The notes under the pieces were generated by a model. It was given only the letters and a program-made list of their open reading frames with translations. It made no database searches and was not told where the DNA came from. Shown piece after piece: positions 1 through 8,726 of a DNA stretch of 64,000 nucleotides (positions are counted from its first letter, which is position 1; each line of letters starts with the position of its first letter). A program made the position numbers and the translations under genes. This DNA comes from Chloroflexota bacterium (lineage in GTDB: Bacteria; Chloroflexota; Limnocylindria; Limnocylindrales; CSP1-4), in the NCBI GenBank assembly GCA_005883615.1, contig VBEC01000018.1, positions 41,473-105,472 on the forward strand, in the 5' to 3' direction.

Positions 1-326
1 GCCGACAGGCATGCGCGCGTCAGCCGGTAGCGACCCTCCGCGGGCTGATACGGATCGGTCGCGCTACCGAGGGCCACGACCTCGCGCTTCCAGGAGCGCC
101 GCGCCAGCTCCCTGCGCAGGATGTCGGCAACGTTCACCTTGACCCGAATCGAACGCCCGTAGCGATCGTCCGACGGTCGATCGGCGCGGGCCTCGAACGC
201 CCGCACATAGCAGAAGGTGCAGCGGTGCGCGCAACCCATGTACGGATTGAGCGACCAGCGAAACGGCATCCCCTTGACGAGGTTGAGGGCGACCTTGCAC
301 GGTTCTTCGCGATACTCGATCGACAC
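1..326 (-). CDS. Radical SAM protein (SplB/Rv2578c-like), N-terminal part; gene continues beyond window start
   Basis: Reverse-strand translation reads ...IEYREEPCKVALNLVKGMPFRWSLNPYMGCAHRCTFCYVRAFEARADRPSDDRYGRSIRVKVNVADILRRELARR... The CxxxCxxC radical-SAM cluster motif (GCAHRCTFCY) is present. The frame runs off the window edge, so it is absent from the ORF track. Confidence 0.6.
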   Translation of the reverse strand, partial: MSIEYREEPCKVALNLVKGMPFRWSLNPYMGCAHRCTFCYVRAFEARADRPSDDRYGRSIRVKVNVADILRRELARRSWKREVVALGSATDPYQPAEGRYRLTRACLS

Positions 327-451
327 AACCCCTAGAATAGAACATGTGTTCGGATGTGTCCGCGTCGCCGATCCGCAGCCCATGGGATCCGCCGGCCGCG
401 GCCTGCGGAGTAGCATTGCCCGGCCCCCACCACCATCGCCCAAGGGTCCCT

Positions 452-1645
452 GTGACACGCATCGTCCTGTACACCGGCAAAGGCGGCGTCGGCAAGACCA
501 GTATCGCGGCCGCAACGGCGCTGCTATGCTCCGAACGCGGGCTGCGCACGATGATCCTGTCGACCGACATCGCCCACAGCCTGTCGGACGCGTTCGAGGT
601 CCCGCTCGGTCCCGAACCGACCGAATTGACTCTCAACCTGTGGGGCCAGCAGCCCGACGTGTACTACAACATCGAGCGCTACTGGCGAATCATTCAGACC
701 TACGTTTCGGATCTCTTCAGCTGGCACGGCCTCGACGAGGTCATGGCCGAGGAGATGACCGTGCTGCCGGGCATGGACGAGCTCGGCAACCTGCTGTGGA
801 TCGCCGATCACGTCGATGGCGGTGACTACGACGTCATCGTGGTCGACGCGGCCCCGACTGGCGAGACACTGCGACTCCTGTCGATGCCCGAGGCCAGCCG
901 CTGGTGGGTCGAGCGAATCGCGCCCATCGGGAAGCGCGTCAGCCGCCTCGGTGGTCCCATCCTCCAGAAAGTAATCGGCATTCCCGTGCCGCAGGAAGAG
1001 GTCTTCCTGGCGGCAGAGCGCCTACTGGGCCGGCTCGATCATCTCCATCGCCTTCTGGACGACCCGGATCGGACGTCAGTGCGGATCGTCCTGGCCCTGG
1101 AGAAGCTGTCCATCGCCGAGGCGCACAGGTCATTCACCTACTTCCATCTGTTCGGCTACCCCAGCGACCTGGTCATTGCGAACCGGGTCTTCCCGGCCGA
1201 CACGCAGGGCTACTTCGGGCACCTGCGCGAGATCCAGCAGCGCTACCTGCCCGAGGTCGAGGAGGAGTTCGGCCCGGTTCCCGTCCGAACGGTGCCGTTC
1301 TTCGACCGCGAGATGGTCGGGTTCGACAAGCTGCGCGAGGTCGGGCAGGCCCTGTTCGGGGACGACGACCCGAGCAAGGTTTACTATCGCGGCCGCCCGT
1401 ACCAGGTCCAACGGAGCAACGGCACGTACCTGCTCACGCTCGAGCTGCCGTTCACCAGTCGCGACGAGGTGAAACTCACGCGTCATTCGGACGAGCTCAT
1501 CCTCCAGGTTGGATCCTGGCGGCGAACGCTCATCCTGCCGCGCGTGCTGGTCGATGCGCCGACACGAGGGGCGCGGATGGAAGAGCAGACGCTCAAGGTC
1601 GAGTTCGAGGCCCGCGCGAGGGCCGGTCGAGGAGGGAAACGATGA
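452..1645 (+). CDS. ArsA/Get3-family anion-transporting ATPase with a C-terminal HSP20-like (ArsA_HSP20) domain
   Basis: P-loop GKGGVGKTS and the DAAPTGETLRLL motif typical of ArsA. The C-terminal ~80 aa (YYRGRPYQVQRSNGTYLLTLELPFTSRDEVKLTRHSDELILQV) looks like an HSP20/CS domain. I place the start at the GTG at 452 (VTRIVLYTGKGG); the track's ATG at 344 is the alternative. Confidence 0.8.
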   Translation: MTRIVLYTGKGGVGKTSIAAATALLCSERGLRTMILSTDIAHSLSDAFEVPLGPEPTELTLNLWGQQPDVYYNIERYWRIIQTYVSDLFSWHGLDEVMAEEMTVLPGMDELGNLLWIADHVDGGDYDVIVVDAAPTGETLRLLSMPEASRWWVERIAPIGKRVSRLGGPILQKVIGIPVPQEEVFLAAERLLGRLDHLHRLLDDPDRTSVRIVLALEKLSIAEAHRSFTYFHLFGYPSDLVIANRVFPADTQGYFGHLREIQQRYLPEVEEEFGPVPVRTVPFFDREMVGFDKLREVGQALFGDDDPSKVYYRGRPYQVQRSNGTYLLTLELPFTSRDEVKLTRHSDELILQVGSWRRTLILPRVLVDAPTRGARMEEQTLKVEFEARARAGRGGKR

Positions 1646-1974
1646 ACGAGGGGACGACCCGACCGCGCGGGACCAGCACGACCGGCAGGCGCGCGAGCCC
1701 CGGCCTGGAGACGGCCTCCGGCCTCGCCCCGAAGCGCGACAGGCTCGCGGAGATGGAAAGCCGGATCGCAGAACTGGAGCGCGACAACGGCCTCCGCGCG
1801 CGCGGCCGCGGCCTCATGAACCGCGTCATGCCGGCCGAAGCGAGTCAGCACTTCCGCAATGCCGGACGCGAGCAACTGCTCGGGATCCGATCGATCGTCG
1901 ATTTCTGGATTCGCCGGATCGACGCCTCAGAGGGTCGCGGCGAAGAGCCGCGGGAGAGCATCGAGATCGAATAG
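1642..1974 (+). CDS. Small coiled-coil hypothetical protein, translationally coupled to the ArsA-like gene
   Basis: ATGA start/stop overlap with the upstream gene at 1642-1645. The 110-aa product MNEGTTRPRG...ESRIAELERDNG... is charged and helical. No homology recognised. Confidence 0.45.
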   Translation: MNEGTTRPRGTSTTGRRASPGLETASGLAPKRDRLAEMESRIAELERDNGLRARGRGLMNRVMPAEASQHFRNAGREQLLGIRSIVDFWIRRIDASEGRGEEPRESIEIE

Positions 1975-2119
1975 CCGGCTGCCCGCGCCCGGCGGCCGCC
2001 CGCCATGAACGCGCTGGCGTGCCGCCGCGCGGGTGTACGATAATTGCGTGCGCAATCAGAAGAGGCGCGCGCCTACGGACGGGAGCCCGGATCCAGCCGG
2101 GTCGGGTCAGGAGAAACCA

Positions 2120-2488
2120 ATGGACGAGTCCATCGGCCGTGCTCTCGAGCGCGGCTCCCTCATCGACATCACCACGATCGGGCGCCGCTCCGGGGAACCG
2201 AAGCGGGTCGAGCTGGTCTTTCACAACTTTGATGGCCACGTGTACATCAGCGGCATGCCCGGGCCGCGCGATTGGTATGCGAACCTGAAGGCCAATCCAA
2301 ACTTCACGTTCCACCTGAAGCGTGGTGTCAGCGCCGATCTTCCGGCCCGGGCGAGGGCCATCACGGACGCAGGCGAGCGACGAGCGATCATGGAGAAGAT
2401 CGCCCGCGTTTGGCGCCGCACGGACGTCGACGTGATGATCCGCTCAAGCCCTCTCATCGAGGTCGAATTCCTGGATCGCGCGGCCTGA
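2120..2488 (+). CDS. Deazaflavin (F420H2)-dependent nitroreductase-family protein (DUF385/Ddn-like split-barrel)
   Basis: GGAGA RBS 6 nt upstream of the ATG. IGRRSGEPKRVELVFHNFDGHVYISGMPGPRDWYANLKANPNFTFHL matches the Ddn/PNPOx-like family pattern. Confidence 0.7.
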   Translation: MDESIGRALERGSLIDITTIGRRSGEPKRVELVFHNFDGHVYISGMPGPRDWYANLKANPNFTFHLKRGVSADLPARARAITDAGERRAIMEKIARVWRRTDVDVMIRSSPLIEVEFLDRAA

Positions 2489-2886
2489 GCGGCACTGCCT
2501 GGAGCCCTTGCTCGGGGCTCGCGGAGAAACCGCCCGTCAGCTGGTTTTCAGGGCCGTTTCCGAATTCAAGCGAGGCGGAATACCTGCCACTTCCTGGCAG
2601 GATCGATCGGTAAGCTTCAGTCGTACATCGAGGTCGAACGACGGAGGCAACCGGAGATGCAGACGTACTTCCTTGGACAGGTCATGCAGGACGAGCGAGA
2701 GCGCGAAATCCGCCGTTTGCTGGTGCGCCAGGCACACCTCCGGGCGCTTTGCCGGCGGAGCCTTGGTGAGAGCGTCGTCCGGTCGATCCGGCGCCTGTTC
2801 GCCCCGGCCGCCTTCGGTCCGGCTGCCGAGGACGAGAACCGCCCAGCGTCGGGCGTCCGGCCAGTCAGGCCGAGAACCGTCTGTTC

Positions 2887-3933
2887 TTAGTGCTTCGCGA
2901 CCTGCTCGCCGATCGTCGGGAGAGGGCCGCTTTCGATGCCGCGCCTTGGGGGGCCATCCGGGCTGTCGTTGCGGTCGTATCGCTGGAGAATGCCACGCGC
3001 AGTCACGAGCAGCATGTCGCGTAACTCTGGCGGCCGGACCACTTCAACGTTGCCGCCCAGGGGAAACAGATTCTCGGCAGCCCAGCCGATGGATTCGTGG
3101 TGAAACGAGAGCCGTTGTCGGCCATCCGGTTCCGGGCGGCGGGCCCGTTTGGCGGTGCGCATCACGGTTTCCCCGAGCATTGCCTTCAGCCGGTCAAGTG
3201 ACTCCGGGACGACGAGGACTTCGACCTCGACCTGGAGCATGTCGCGCTCATAGGCGGCAGTGGACTCGGTCCAATAGGTCGACAGGTCGAAGTCTGCCGG
3301 GCGCTCGAAGCGCTCTTCACTCGGACTGACCGACTCCACGCGTGACGCCCGGAAGGTCCGCAGCTGGTCGTTGCTCCGGGCGACGAGATACCAGGTGCCG
3401 CCTTTCAGAACCAGGCCGAGGGGATCGATCAGCCGGGCCTGGAGTCGCTCGGCCCGGCGATACCTGATTTCGATGCGGCGGCCTTCCCAGACGGCGTCGG
3501 CCAGTTGCTGGAGATGCGGGCTCGGGTCGACCGATCGGAACCAGCCGGGCGCATCGAGATGGAATCGCTGGGTGACGCGCGATGCTCGCGCACGGAGCTC
3601 CGGCGGAAGGGCCGCCAGCACCTTGAGCTGGGCTGCGCTCACCACGGTGCCAAGTCCGAGCTCTGCAGCTGGGCCGGGCAGGCCCGACATGAACAGCGCC
3701 TCCGCCTCGTCCGGCGTGAGGCCGGTCAGCCGCGTCCGATAGCCGTCGACCAGACGCACTCCGCCGCCGGGACCTCGCTCGGCGTAGATCGGCACGCCGG
3801 CCTCGCTCAGGGCGTCGACGTCGCGGTAAATCGTCCGAACCGACACTTCGAGCTGCTCGGCCAGCTCACTGGCCGTCAGGCGACCACGCGTCTGGAGGAG
3901 GAGCAGGACGTTGACCAATCGACTGGCGCGCAT
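2887..3933 (-). CDS. WYL-domain transcriptional regulator (HTH-WYL-WCX, YafY/PafBC-like)
   Basis: N-terminal HTH (LTASELAEQLEVSVRTIYRDVDALSEAGVPIY), a central WYL-type domain (GGTWYLVA), and a C-terminal extension. I place the start at the ATG at 3933 (MRASRLVNV). Confidence 0.8.
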   Translation of the reverse strand: MRASRLVNVLLLLQTRGRLTASELAEQLEVSVRTIYRDVDALSEAGVPIYAERGPGGGVRLVDGYRTRLTGLTPDEAEALFMSGLPGPAAELGLGTVVSAAQLKVLAALPPELRARASRVTQRFHLDAPGWFRSVDPSPHLQQLADAVWEGRRIEIRYRRAERLQARLIDPLGLVLKGGTWYLVARSNDQLRTFRASRVESVSPSEERFERPADFDLSTYWTESTAAYERDMLQVEVEVLVVPESLDRLKAMLGETVMRTAKRARRPEPDGRQRLSFHHESIGWAAENLFPLGGNVEVVRPPELRDMLLVTARGILQRYDRNDSPDGPPRRGIESGPLPTIGEQVAKH

Positions 3934-3957
3934 CTGCCCATCAGCATAGCGCGGTTG

Positions 3958-3974
3958 CTGACAGTTCATGTCAG
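3958..3974. promoter_or_regulatory. Palindrome CTGACAgttcaTGTCAG immediately upstream of the WYL regulator start; candidate autoregulatory operator
   Basis: Perfect 6-bp inverted repeat with a 5-nt spacer, 25 nt upstream of the start codon at 3933. Confidence 0.35.
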
Positions 3975-4247
3975 GAAGCGGCCCATCGCGCCCCAAGCTT
4001 CCCAATGGCGGCGCGAACTGAAGCGCCGACCCAACCGGGGCCGGCGCTGTGCTCGTGAGCGGCAGGCGAACTACCCGATAGTCAACAGGCGATGCGGATT
4101 GCCGTGGCTGCCATATCGGCCGAAGGCCGCCGACTGCGCGGTTGGGCCTGCTCGGCTATCGTTGGGAAGCCGCGAGACGGCACGAGCGGCCCGGTTTCAG
4201 GCCATGCGCCGCACCGCAGTTCTCTCGATCGTCAAGCCCGGAGCTGC

Positions 4248-4844
4248 ATGCCCCGTTCGACCGACCGCACGCGTTCCCGACGATTCGCTCTGCCCGCCCA
4301 AGAGGACGAGCGAGCGAGCGAATCGATCGAGGCATTCATCTCCGGGCCCGCTCTGCGGACCAAGGCCCGTCGCGTCCGCCCGTTGCGCCCCGTGGCAAGG
4401 GCGCGGGATCCGCTGGCCGGTCTGCACACGAGGGTGGACTGGAACGACGCCCTGAGCCGTGAAGATGCGCGCGTGGACCGGTACGGACGGCCGGCGTCGG
4501 TCGCGATCGTCTCGGTCGTGGGATCTCCAGAGGCGCCGGACCTCGACGGCGACTGGGGCGATCGGCTGGCACGCCCGATCGCGCACGTGCTGCGGCGCAG
4601 TGCCCGCGAGACCGACGTTATCGCGCGGACGGCCGAAACGGACTTCTACGTGCTGCTGCCGGAGACGTCCGAACGGGAGGCGCGCCATTTCGTGGATCGC
4701 GTCGGCATCGATTGCGACGTGTGGCTGCGGGCGGTCGGGGTGCCCGTCGAGGTCCGGGCCGCGGTCGCGAGCGCCGGTCCGGAAGTGCGACTGACCGAGG
4801 CGCTTGAACGCGCCAAGAAGGCCCTCGGCAATGGAGCTGGCTGA
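4248..4844 (+). CDS. Degenerate GGDEF-like (diguanylate-cyclase fold, probably inactive) domain protein
   Basis: ...VDRYGRPASVAIVSVVG...GDRLARPIAHVLRRSARETDVIARTAETDFYVLLPETSEREA follows the GGDEF-domain layout, but the GG(D/E)EF signature is replaced by AETDF. The start is uncertain (ATG at 4248 chosen; track ORF starts at 4092). Confidence 0.5.
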   Translation: MPRSTDRTRSRRFALPAQEDERASESIEAFISGPALRTKARRVRPLRPVARARDPLAGLHTRVDWNDALSREDARVDRYGRPASVAIVSVVGSPEAPDLDGDWGDRLARPIAHVLRRSARETDVIARTAETDFYVLLPETSEREARHFVDRVGIDCDVWLRAVGVPVEVRAAVASAGPEVRLTEALERAKKALGNGAG

Positions 4845-4908
4845 AGCTTTCTCCCTCGTGGGCTCAGCGACTCATCGACTCAGCGGCTGGGCGGCTCTGC
4901 TCAGCGAC

Positions 4909-6054
4909 TCAGCGGTTCCGGCCCCGAGCGTCGACCCTGATCTCGCGCTCCACCTGCCCGTGGCGAACGCCGAGGAGCGTATCGGCCAGGTTCGGTACCG
5001 GGCACGCATGGTTGGGAATGACCTCCAGGCGATCGCCGATCCGCCAATCGGCGTCCGGCGGCAGACGGATCACGGCGTGCTCCTCACTGAGCGTCTCGAT
5101 GAGATGATCCGGGTGGTTCACCACGCGCCCGAATCCCCCGGCGCGCCCCGCGTCGGCCGCCAGCGTCTTGCTGCCGGCGTCCACGACCATTCGATCGGCC
5201 GCGGGTCGCGACACGACCGTGACGAGAACGCTCAGCGCACAGTTCGCTTCCGTTGCCACTCCCAGGGCGATGAGGTTCGCGTCATTGAAGGCGTACGTCC
5301 CGGGTCGGATTTCGGTGATCGCAGGGTAGGCAGCCTTGACGGCTTCGATCGATGCCAGCGTCGGCGTGGAGCCCAGGCTGAGCTCACTGGCGTCGATCCC
5401 GTGGTCCGCCAGGAGCTCGGCCGTTTGGACGAGCGCCGCGGCCTCGCCCATCGCGATTTGCTCGCGCTCCTCGGGCGAGCGGGCCCGATAGGCGTGGCCA
5501 GCGTGGGTCAGGAGCCCGCGAAGGCGTAGCCCCGGCAGCCCCGAGACAGCCAGCGCCAGGGCGGCGCTCTCCTGCCCGGGTGCGAGGCCCACGCGCTGGA
5601 GCCCGCTGTCGACCTCGACCAGCACGTCGAGGGGAGTCGTCAGCGAACGGGCCATTCGCGAGAGGCCGTCCGCGACGACGGGATCGTCGAGGGTGGTGAT
5701 GATTCGGACACGCTGGGCCAGAGCGCGCAGGCGAGCGAGCTTCTCCTCGCCGACGATCGGGTAGGCGATCAGGATGTCCGTGACGCCGGCCTCGACGAAT
5801 GCCTCCGCCTCTCCGAGCTTGGCTACGGTCAGCCCGACCGCCCCATGGCGAAGTTGCTCGGTCGCGATCCACGCCGTCTTGTGGGTCTTGGCATGCGGCC
5901 GGAGGCGCACACCGACGCGCTTCGCCCGATCGGCCGTGTCTGCGAGGTTCGCCTCCAGCCGATCGAGCTCGACGAGCACAGCCGGCGTGTCGAGGTCGGC
6001 GACCCGTGTCCCGACTCGCGAGACAGTCGCGGCACCCGTACCGGTCGCGGTCAT
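4909..6054 (-). CDS. D-serine deaminase-like / alanine-racemase-domain PLP enzyme (DSD1 family)
   Basis: RPHAKTHK PLP-lysine motif, alanine-racemase N-domain pattern, and a C-terminal D-serine dehydratase-like domain. Confidence 0.8.
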   Translation of the reverse strand: MTATGTGAATVSRVGTRVADLDTPAVLVELDRLEANLADTADRAKRVGVRLRPHAKTHKTAWIATEQLRHGAVGLTVAKLGEAEAFVEAGVTDILIAYPIVGEEKLARLRALAQRVRIITTLDDPVVADGLSRMARSLTTPLDVLVEVDSGLQRVGLAPGQESAALALAVSGLPGLRLRGLLTHAGHAYRARSPEEREQIAMGEAAALVQTAELLADHGIDASELSLGSTPTLASIEAVKAAYPAITEIRPGTYAFNDANLIALGVATEANCALSVLVTVVSRPAADRMVVDAGSKTLAADAGRAGGFGRVVNHPDHLIETLSEEHAVIRLPPDADWRIGDRLEVIPNHACPVPNLADTLLGVRHGQVEREIRVDARGRNR

Positions 6055-6095
6055 GCCGTCAGCCCTCAGCTCCCTGATCCCGTAGCCCTGATCCG

Positions 6096-6485
6096 CTAAT
6101 CCGCAAGGGCCACGACCGCGTCGATCTCGATCGCGAAGCCGGGCAGGTCCGACTGGACGGTTGTCCGAGCCGGGTGCGGCTCCTCGAAGTAGCGGCGATA
6201 GACCTCGTTGAATCCGGCGAAGTCGGCCATGTCTGCGAGGAAGACTCCGACGCGGACGGCATCTTCGAGGCGTCCCCCCGCCGCCTCGACGACGGAGCGC
6301 AGGTTTTCGAGCACCCGCGCCGTCTGCGTCTCGATCGGGCCGCCGACCAGTTTGTTCGTAGCCGGATCGAACGGCGCCTGGCCGGCGAGGAACAGGAGCG
6401 ATCCAGAGGTCCGGATCGCGTGCGAATAGGGTCCGGCGGGACGTGGAGCGGCGGCTGCGGTAATGGGCGTTCGATCAACGGGCAC
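6096..6485 (-). CDS. ridA: RidA/YjgF-family reactive-intermediate deaminase
   Basis: 129 aa with PAGPYSHAIRTSGSLLFLAGQ...ETQTARVLENL...AVVALAD, typical of RidA. Sits immediately upstream of the DSD1-like gene on the same strand. Confidence 0.85.
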   Translation of the reverse strand: MPVDRTPITAAAAPRPAGPYSHAIRTSGSLLFLAGQAPFDPATNKLVGGPIETQTARVLENLRSVVEAAGGRLEDAVRVGVFLADMADFAGFNEVYRRYFEEPHPARTTVQSDLPGFAIEIDAVVALAD

Positions 6486-6555
6486 GGACTTCCCTCCTCA
6501 GAGCGAGATCGACGTGACGGGTTTCTCATTCGAGAGCATAGGTGCAGGCGACGCC

Positions 6556-7077
6556 TCAGCGTTGGGGCTGGCGCCGATAGCGTCGGTGCGCCGCGCGCAT
6601 ATGGAACGACGGAGCTACCTTGGGCACGATGCTGATGGAACCGTCCTGCTCCAGGACGGCGACCTTCACGTCCTTCGTCGAATCCAGGCCGTGTTCACGG
6701 AGCGCCTGCTCGAGGTCGTCGTCGTCGAGGCCCTCCTTATCGAGTGCCTCCGGGATCCAGCGGCCGTCCTTGCCGACTACCGTGGCAGGAAACTCGAGCA
6801 GCCGTCGTGCCACGGGATTGCGGCGGCGCAGCTCAGCGACCAGCCGATTCACCGCGAAGATCGTGACGACAATGATGACGGCGCCCGGAATCGAGGCATC
6901 GCTGCCGGTGATTGCGGGCTGCAACGCATTGGCGGCGAGCAGCACCAGCGTCAGGTCGAAGAGGGTGAACTGCCCGATCTCCCGCTTGCCGAATACACGC
7001 AATGCAGCGAGGAAGAGCACGTACACGAGCACCGTCCGAAGGACCAGCTCCAGCGGTGGGACCCCAAGCTGCCACAT
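6556..7077 (-). CDS. DUF421 (YetF-like) membrane protein
   Basis: MWQLGVPPLELVLRTVLVYVLFLAALRVFGKREIGQFTLFDLTLVLLAAN... with a two-TM N-terminus and a soluble C-terminal domain. The track ORF 6556..7869 (437 aa) is an upstream artefact extension. Confidence 0.7.
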   Translation of the reverse strand: MWQLGVPPLELVLRTVLVYVLFLAALRVFGKREIGQFTLFDLTLVLLAANALQPAITGSDASIPGAVIIVVTIFAVNRLVAELRRRNPVARRLLEFPATVVGKDGRWIPEALDKEGLDDDDLEQALREHGLDSTKDVKVAVLEQDGSISIVPKVAPSFHMRAAHRRYRRQPQR

Positions 7078-7283
7078 CGAGATCGATGGTCGCACACTCG
7101 GGCGGTAACGAAACGCGGGGAAGCTGAGGGGGTGCACGAACGGGGAATGGTGTGAGGATTTGTCAAGGCGCGAGGTCCACCGTCCCGGGCCCAGAACGTA
7201 CGGGGCCAGATTCTTGCCGTGCGCCTTGGGCACGACTAGCCTGCGCAGACCTTCGCACCCATCGAGGACCCCGGGAGGATTTG

Positions 7284-8651
7284 ATGTTCGGCCGTTCATT
7301 GGCCCTGCGCGTGGCTTCCGCCCTGGCGGTAGCTGCCCTCCTGGCCAGCTCGACGCTGGCTTCCGGTGCCGGACCGCAGGCGCCCAGCTTCCGGTCGCCG
7401 GTTCGCCTGGGCTTCCCGCTCGGTGATGACTGGGAGCCGTCGATCGCCGCCGATCGCTTCGGGCATGTCTACGCGTTCTGGACGCACTTCGTCGGCTACG
7501 CGGGCGCGGCGACCGGTGAGGTCGATCCCACGTGCCCCGACTGCGGCAGCCCGCACATGGATCTTCAGGTTTCGAGCGACGGCGGGGGGACCTGGAGCGC
7601 TCCGAGGGCGCCATTCCCCACGACGACTCGCCAGGACGACCCACAGATGGTGGTCGATCCCGCCGACGGCAGGACGCTGTACGCGTCCTACATGCAGGAC
7701 AACCAGTCCAGTCAGTACGTCGCCCGCTCGACCGATTTCGGGACGAGCTGGAGCACCATGCTGGTCGAGCCACTGTCCCGCGGGACGGACAAGGACATCC
7801 TGGCCGTGCGCGGACCGGACATCTATCTCGTCTATCACACGCTCCAGAAGATCTTCGTATCGCAGTCACATGACGGTGGGGCGCAGTGGACTACCCAGAA
7901 CATCCTCGGAGGCACTACCAATTCGCAGTTCGGCCAGTCGCTGCCGAGCGGCGGAGCCGTGGACTCGCACGGCAACATCTACTTCGCCTGGAATGGCGTG
8001 AACAACACAGGCCAGGCAAAGGGCGCCGTCAACCTGTACATCACGAAATCGACCGATCGCGGCGCCAGCTGGACGACAACCCTGGTGGACGTCTCCCAGG
8101 CGCCGCCACAGTGCGGCTGCGGCGGATGGGATTTCTGGGGCGGCCAGATGGCGCTCGCAGTCGACAGCGCGGACCGCGTCTACGTCCTCTGGAATGCGAA
8201 CCACACCAAGCACGGTCCGCAGCGAGTGTTCTTCCGAAGCTCGCCGGACGGTGGCGCGACGTGGAGCCCGGAGCAGGACGTGTCGCGGGCGCCGGTGGGC
8301 TCCAACAACGCGTTTCCTGCCATCGCCGCCCGCGGCGAAGGCGACGTCCGCATCGCCTGGATGGATGACCGAAACGGGTTCGACGCTGGGGGCGACGACC
8401 CGGACGCCCGCTGGAACACCTACTACCGATCGTCCACGGACGCCGGGGGGACGTGGTCGCCCGAGGCAAAGTTATCGGCGTATGTGCCGGGCTTTACGTA
8501 CAAGCTGGCGAGCCCGAAGGACGGCTACCTGCAGCCGTATGGCGACTACTTTGAGCTCGACATCGACTCGCGTGGAAAGACCGTGGCCTTGTGGGGCGAA
8601 GGCAACAGCTACACGGGTCCGGGCAACGTCTGGTTCGCCCGCCAGCAATAA
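7284..8651 (+). CDS. Secreted BNR/Asp-box repeat protein (sialidase/glycosyl-hydrolase-like beta-propeller)
   Basis: GGGAGGA RBS upstream of the ATG at 7284 (MFGRSLALRVASALAVAALLA, a signal peptide). Six SxDxGxTW Asp-box motifs (SSDGGGTWS, STDFGTSWS, SHDGGAQWT, STDRGASWT, SPDGGATWS, STDAGGTWS). Confidence 0.7.
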   Translation: MFGRSLALRVASALAVAALLASSTLASGAGPQAPSFRSPVRLGFPLGDDWEPSIAADRFGHVYAFWTHFVGYAGAATGEVDPTCPDCGSPHMDLQVSSDGGGTWSAPRAPFPTTTRQDDPQMVVDPADGRTLYASYMQDNQSSQYVARSTDFGTSWSTMLVEPLSRGTDKDILAVRGPDIYLVYHTLQKIFVSQSHDGGAQWTTQNILGGTTNSQFGQSLPSGGAVDSHGNIYFAWNGVNNTGQAKGAVNLYITKSTDRGASWTTTLVDVSQAPPQCGCGGWDFWGGQMALAVDSADRVYVLWNANHTKHGPQRVFFRSSPDGGATWSPEQDVSRAPVGSNNAFPAIAARGEGDVRIAWMDDRNGFDAGGDDPDARWNTYYRSSTDAGGTWSPEAKLSAYVPGFTYKLASPKDGYLQPYGDYFELDIDSRGKTVALWGEGNSYTGPGNVWFARQQ

Positions 8652-8726
8652 CGCTCCCACCATCTGACGAGCGGGGGCAGCTGACGACGACAGCTCGCCT
8701 CGACGGCCCCTGAACGGCGCCCTACC

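Noticed and set aside
904-1974. 356-aa + strand ORF
   Set aside because: The first 245 codons lie inside the ArsA-like gene in another frame and have Arg/Pro-rich composition. Only 1642-1974 is kept, as a separate small gene.
2564-2587. Hairpin CCTGCCA-cttcc-TGGCAGG downstream of the nitroreductase-like gene as a terminator
   Set aside because: No U-tract follows. It sits in a 400-bp convergent spacer and evidence is insufficient.
2657-2890. 77-aa ORF between the nitroreductase-like and WYL genes
   Set aside because: It has a GGAGG at suitable spacing, but the product is Arg-rich with no recognisable features. It is not called as a feature; it could still be a small regulatory protein.
6556-7869. 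437-aa - strand ORF
   Set aside because: Only the C-terminal 173 aa (6556-7077, DUF421) look like protein. The remainder is Arg/Pro/Ser-rich GC-frame artefact running antisense to the BNR-repeat gene.
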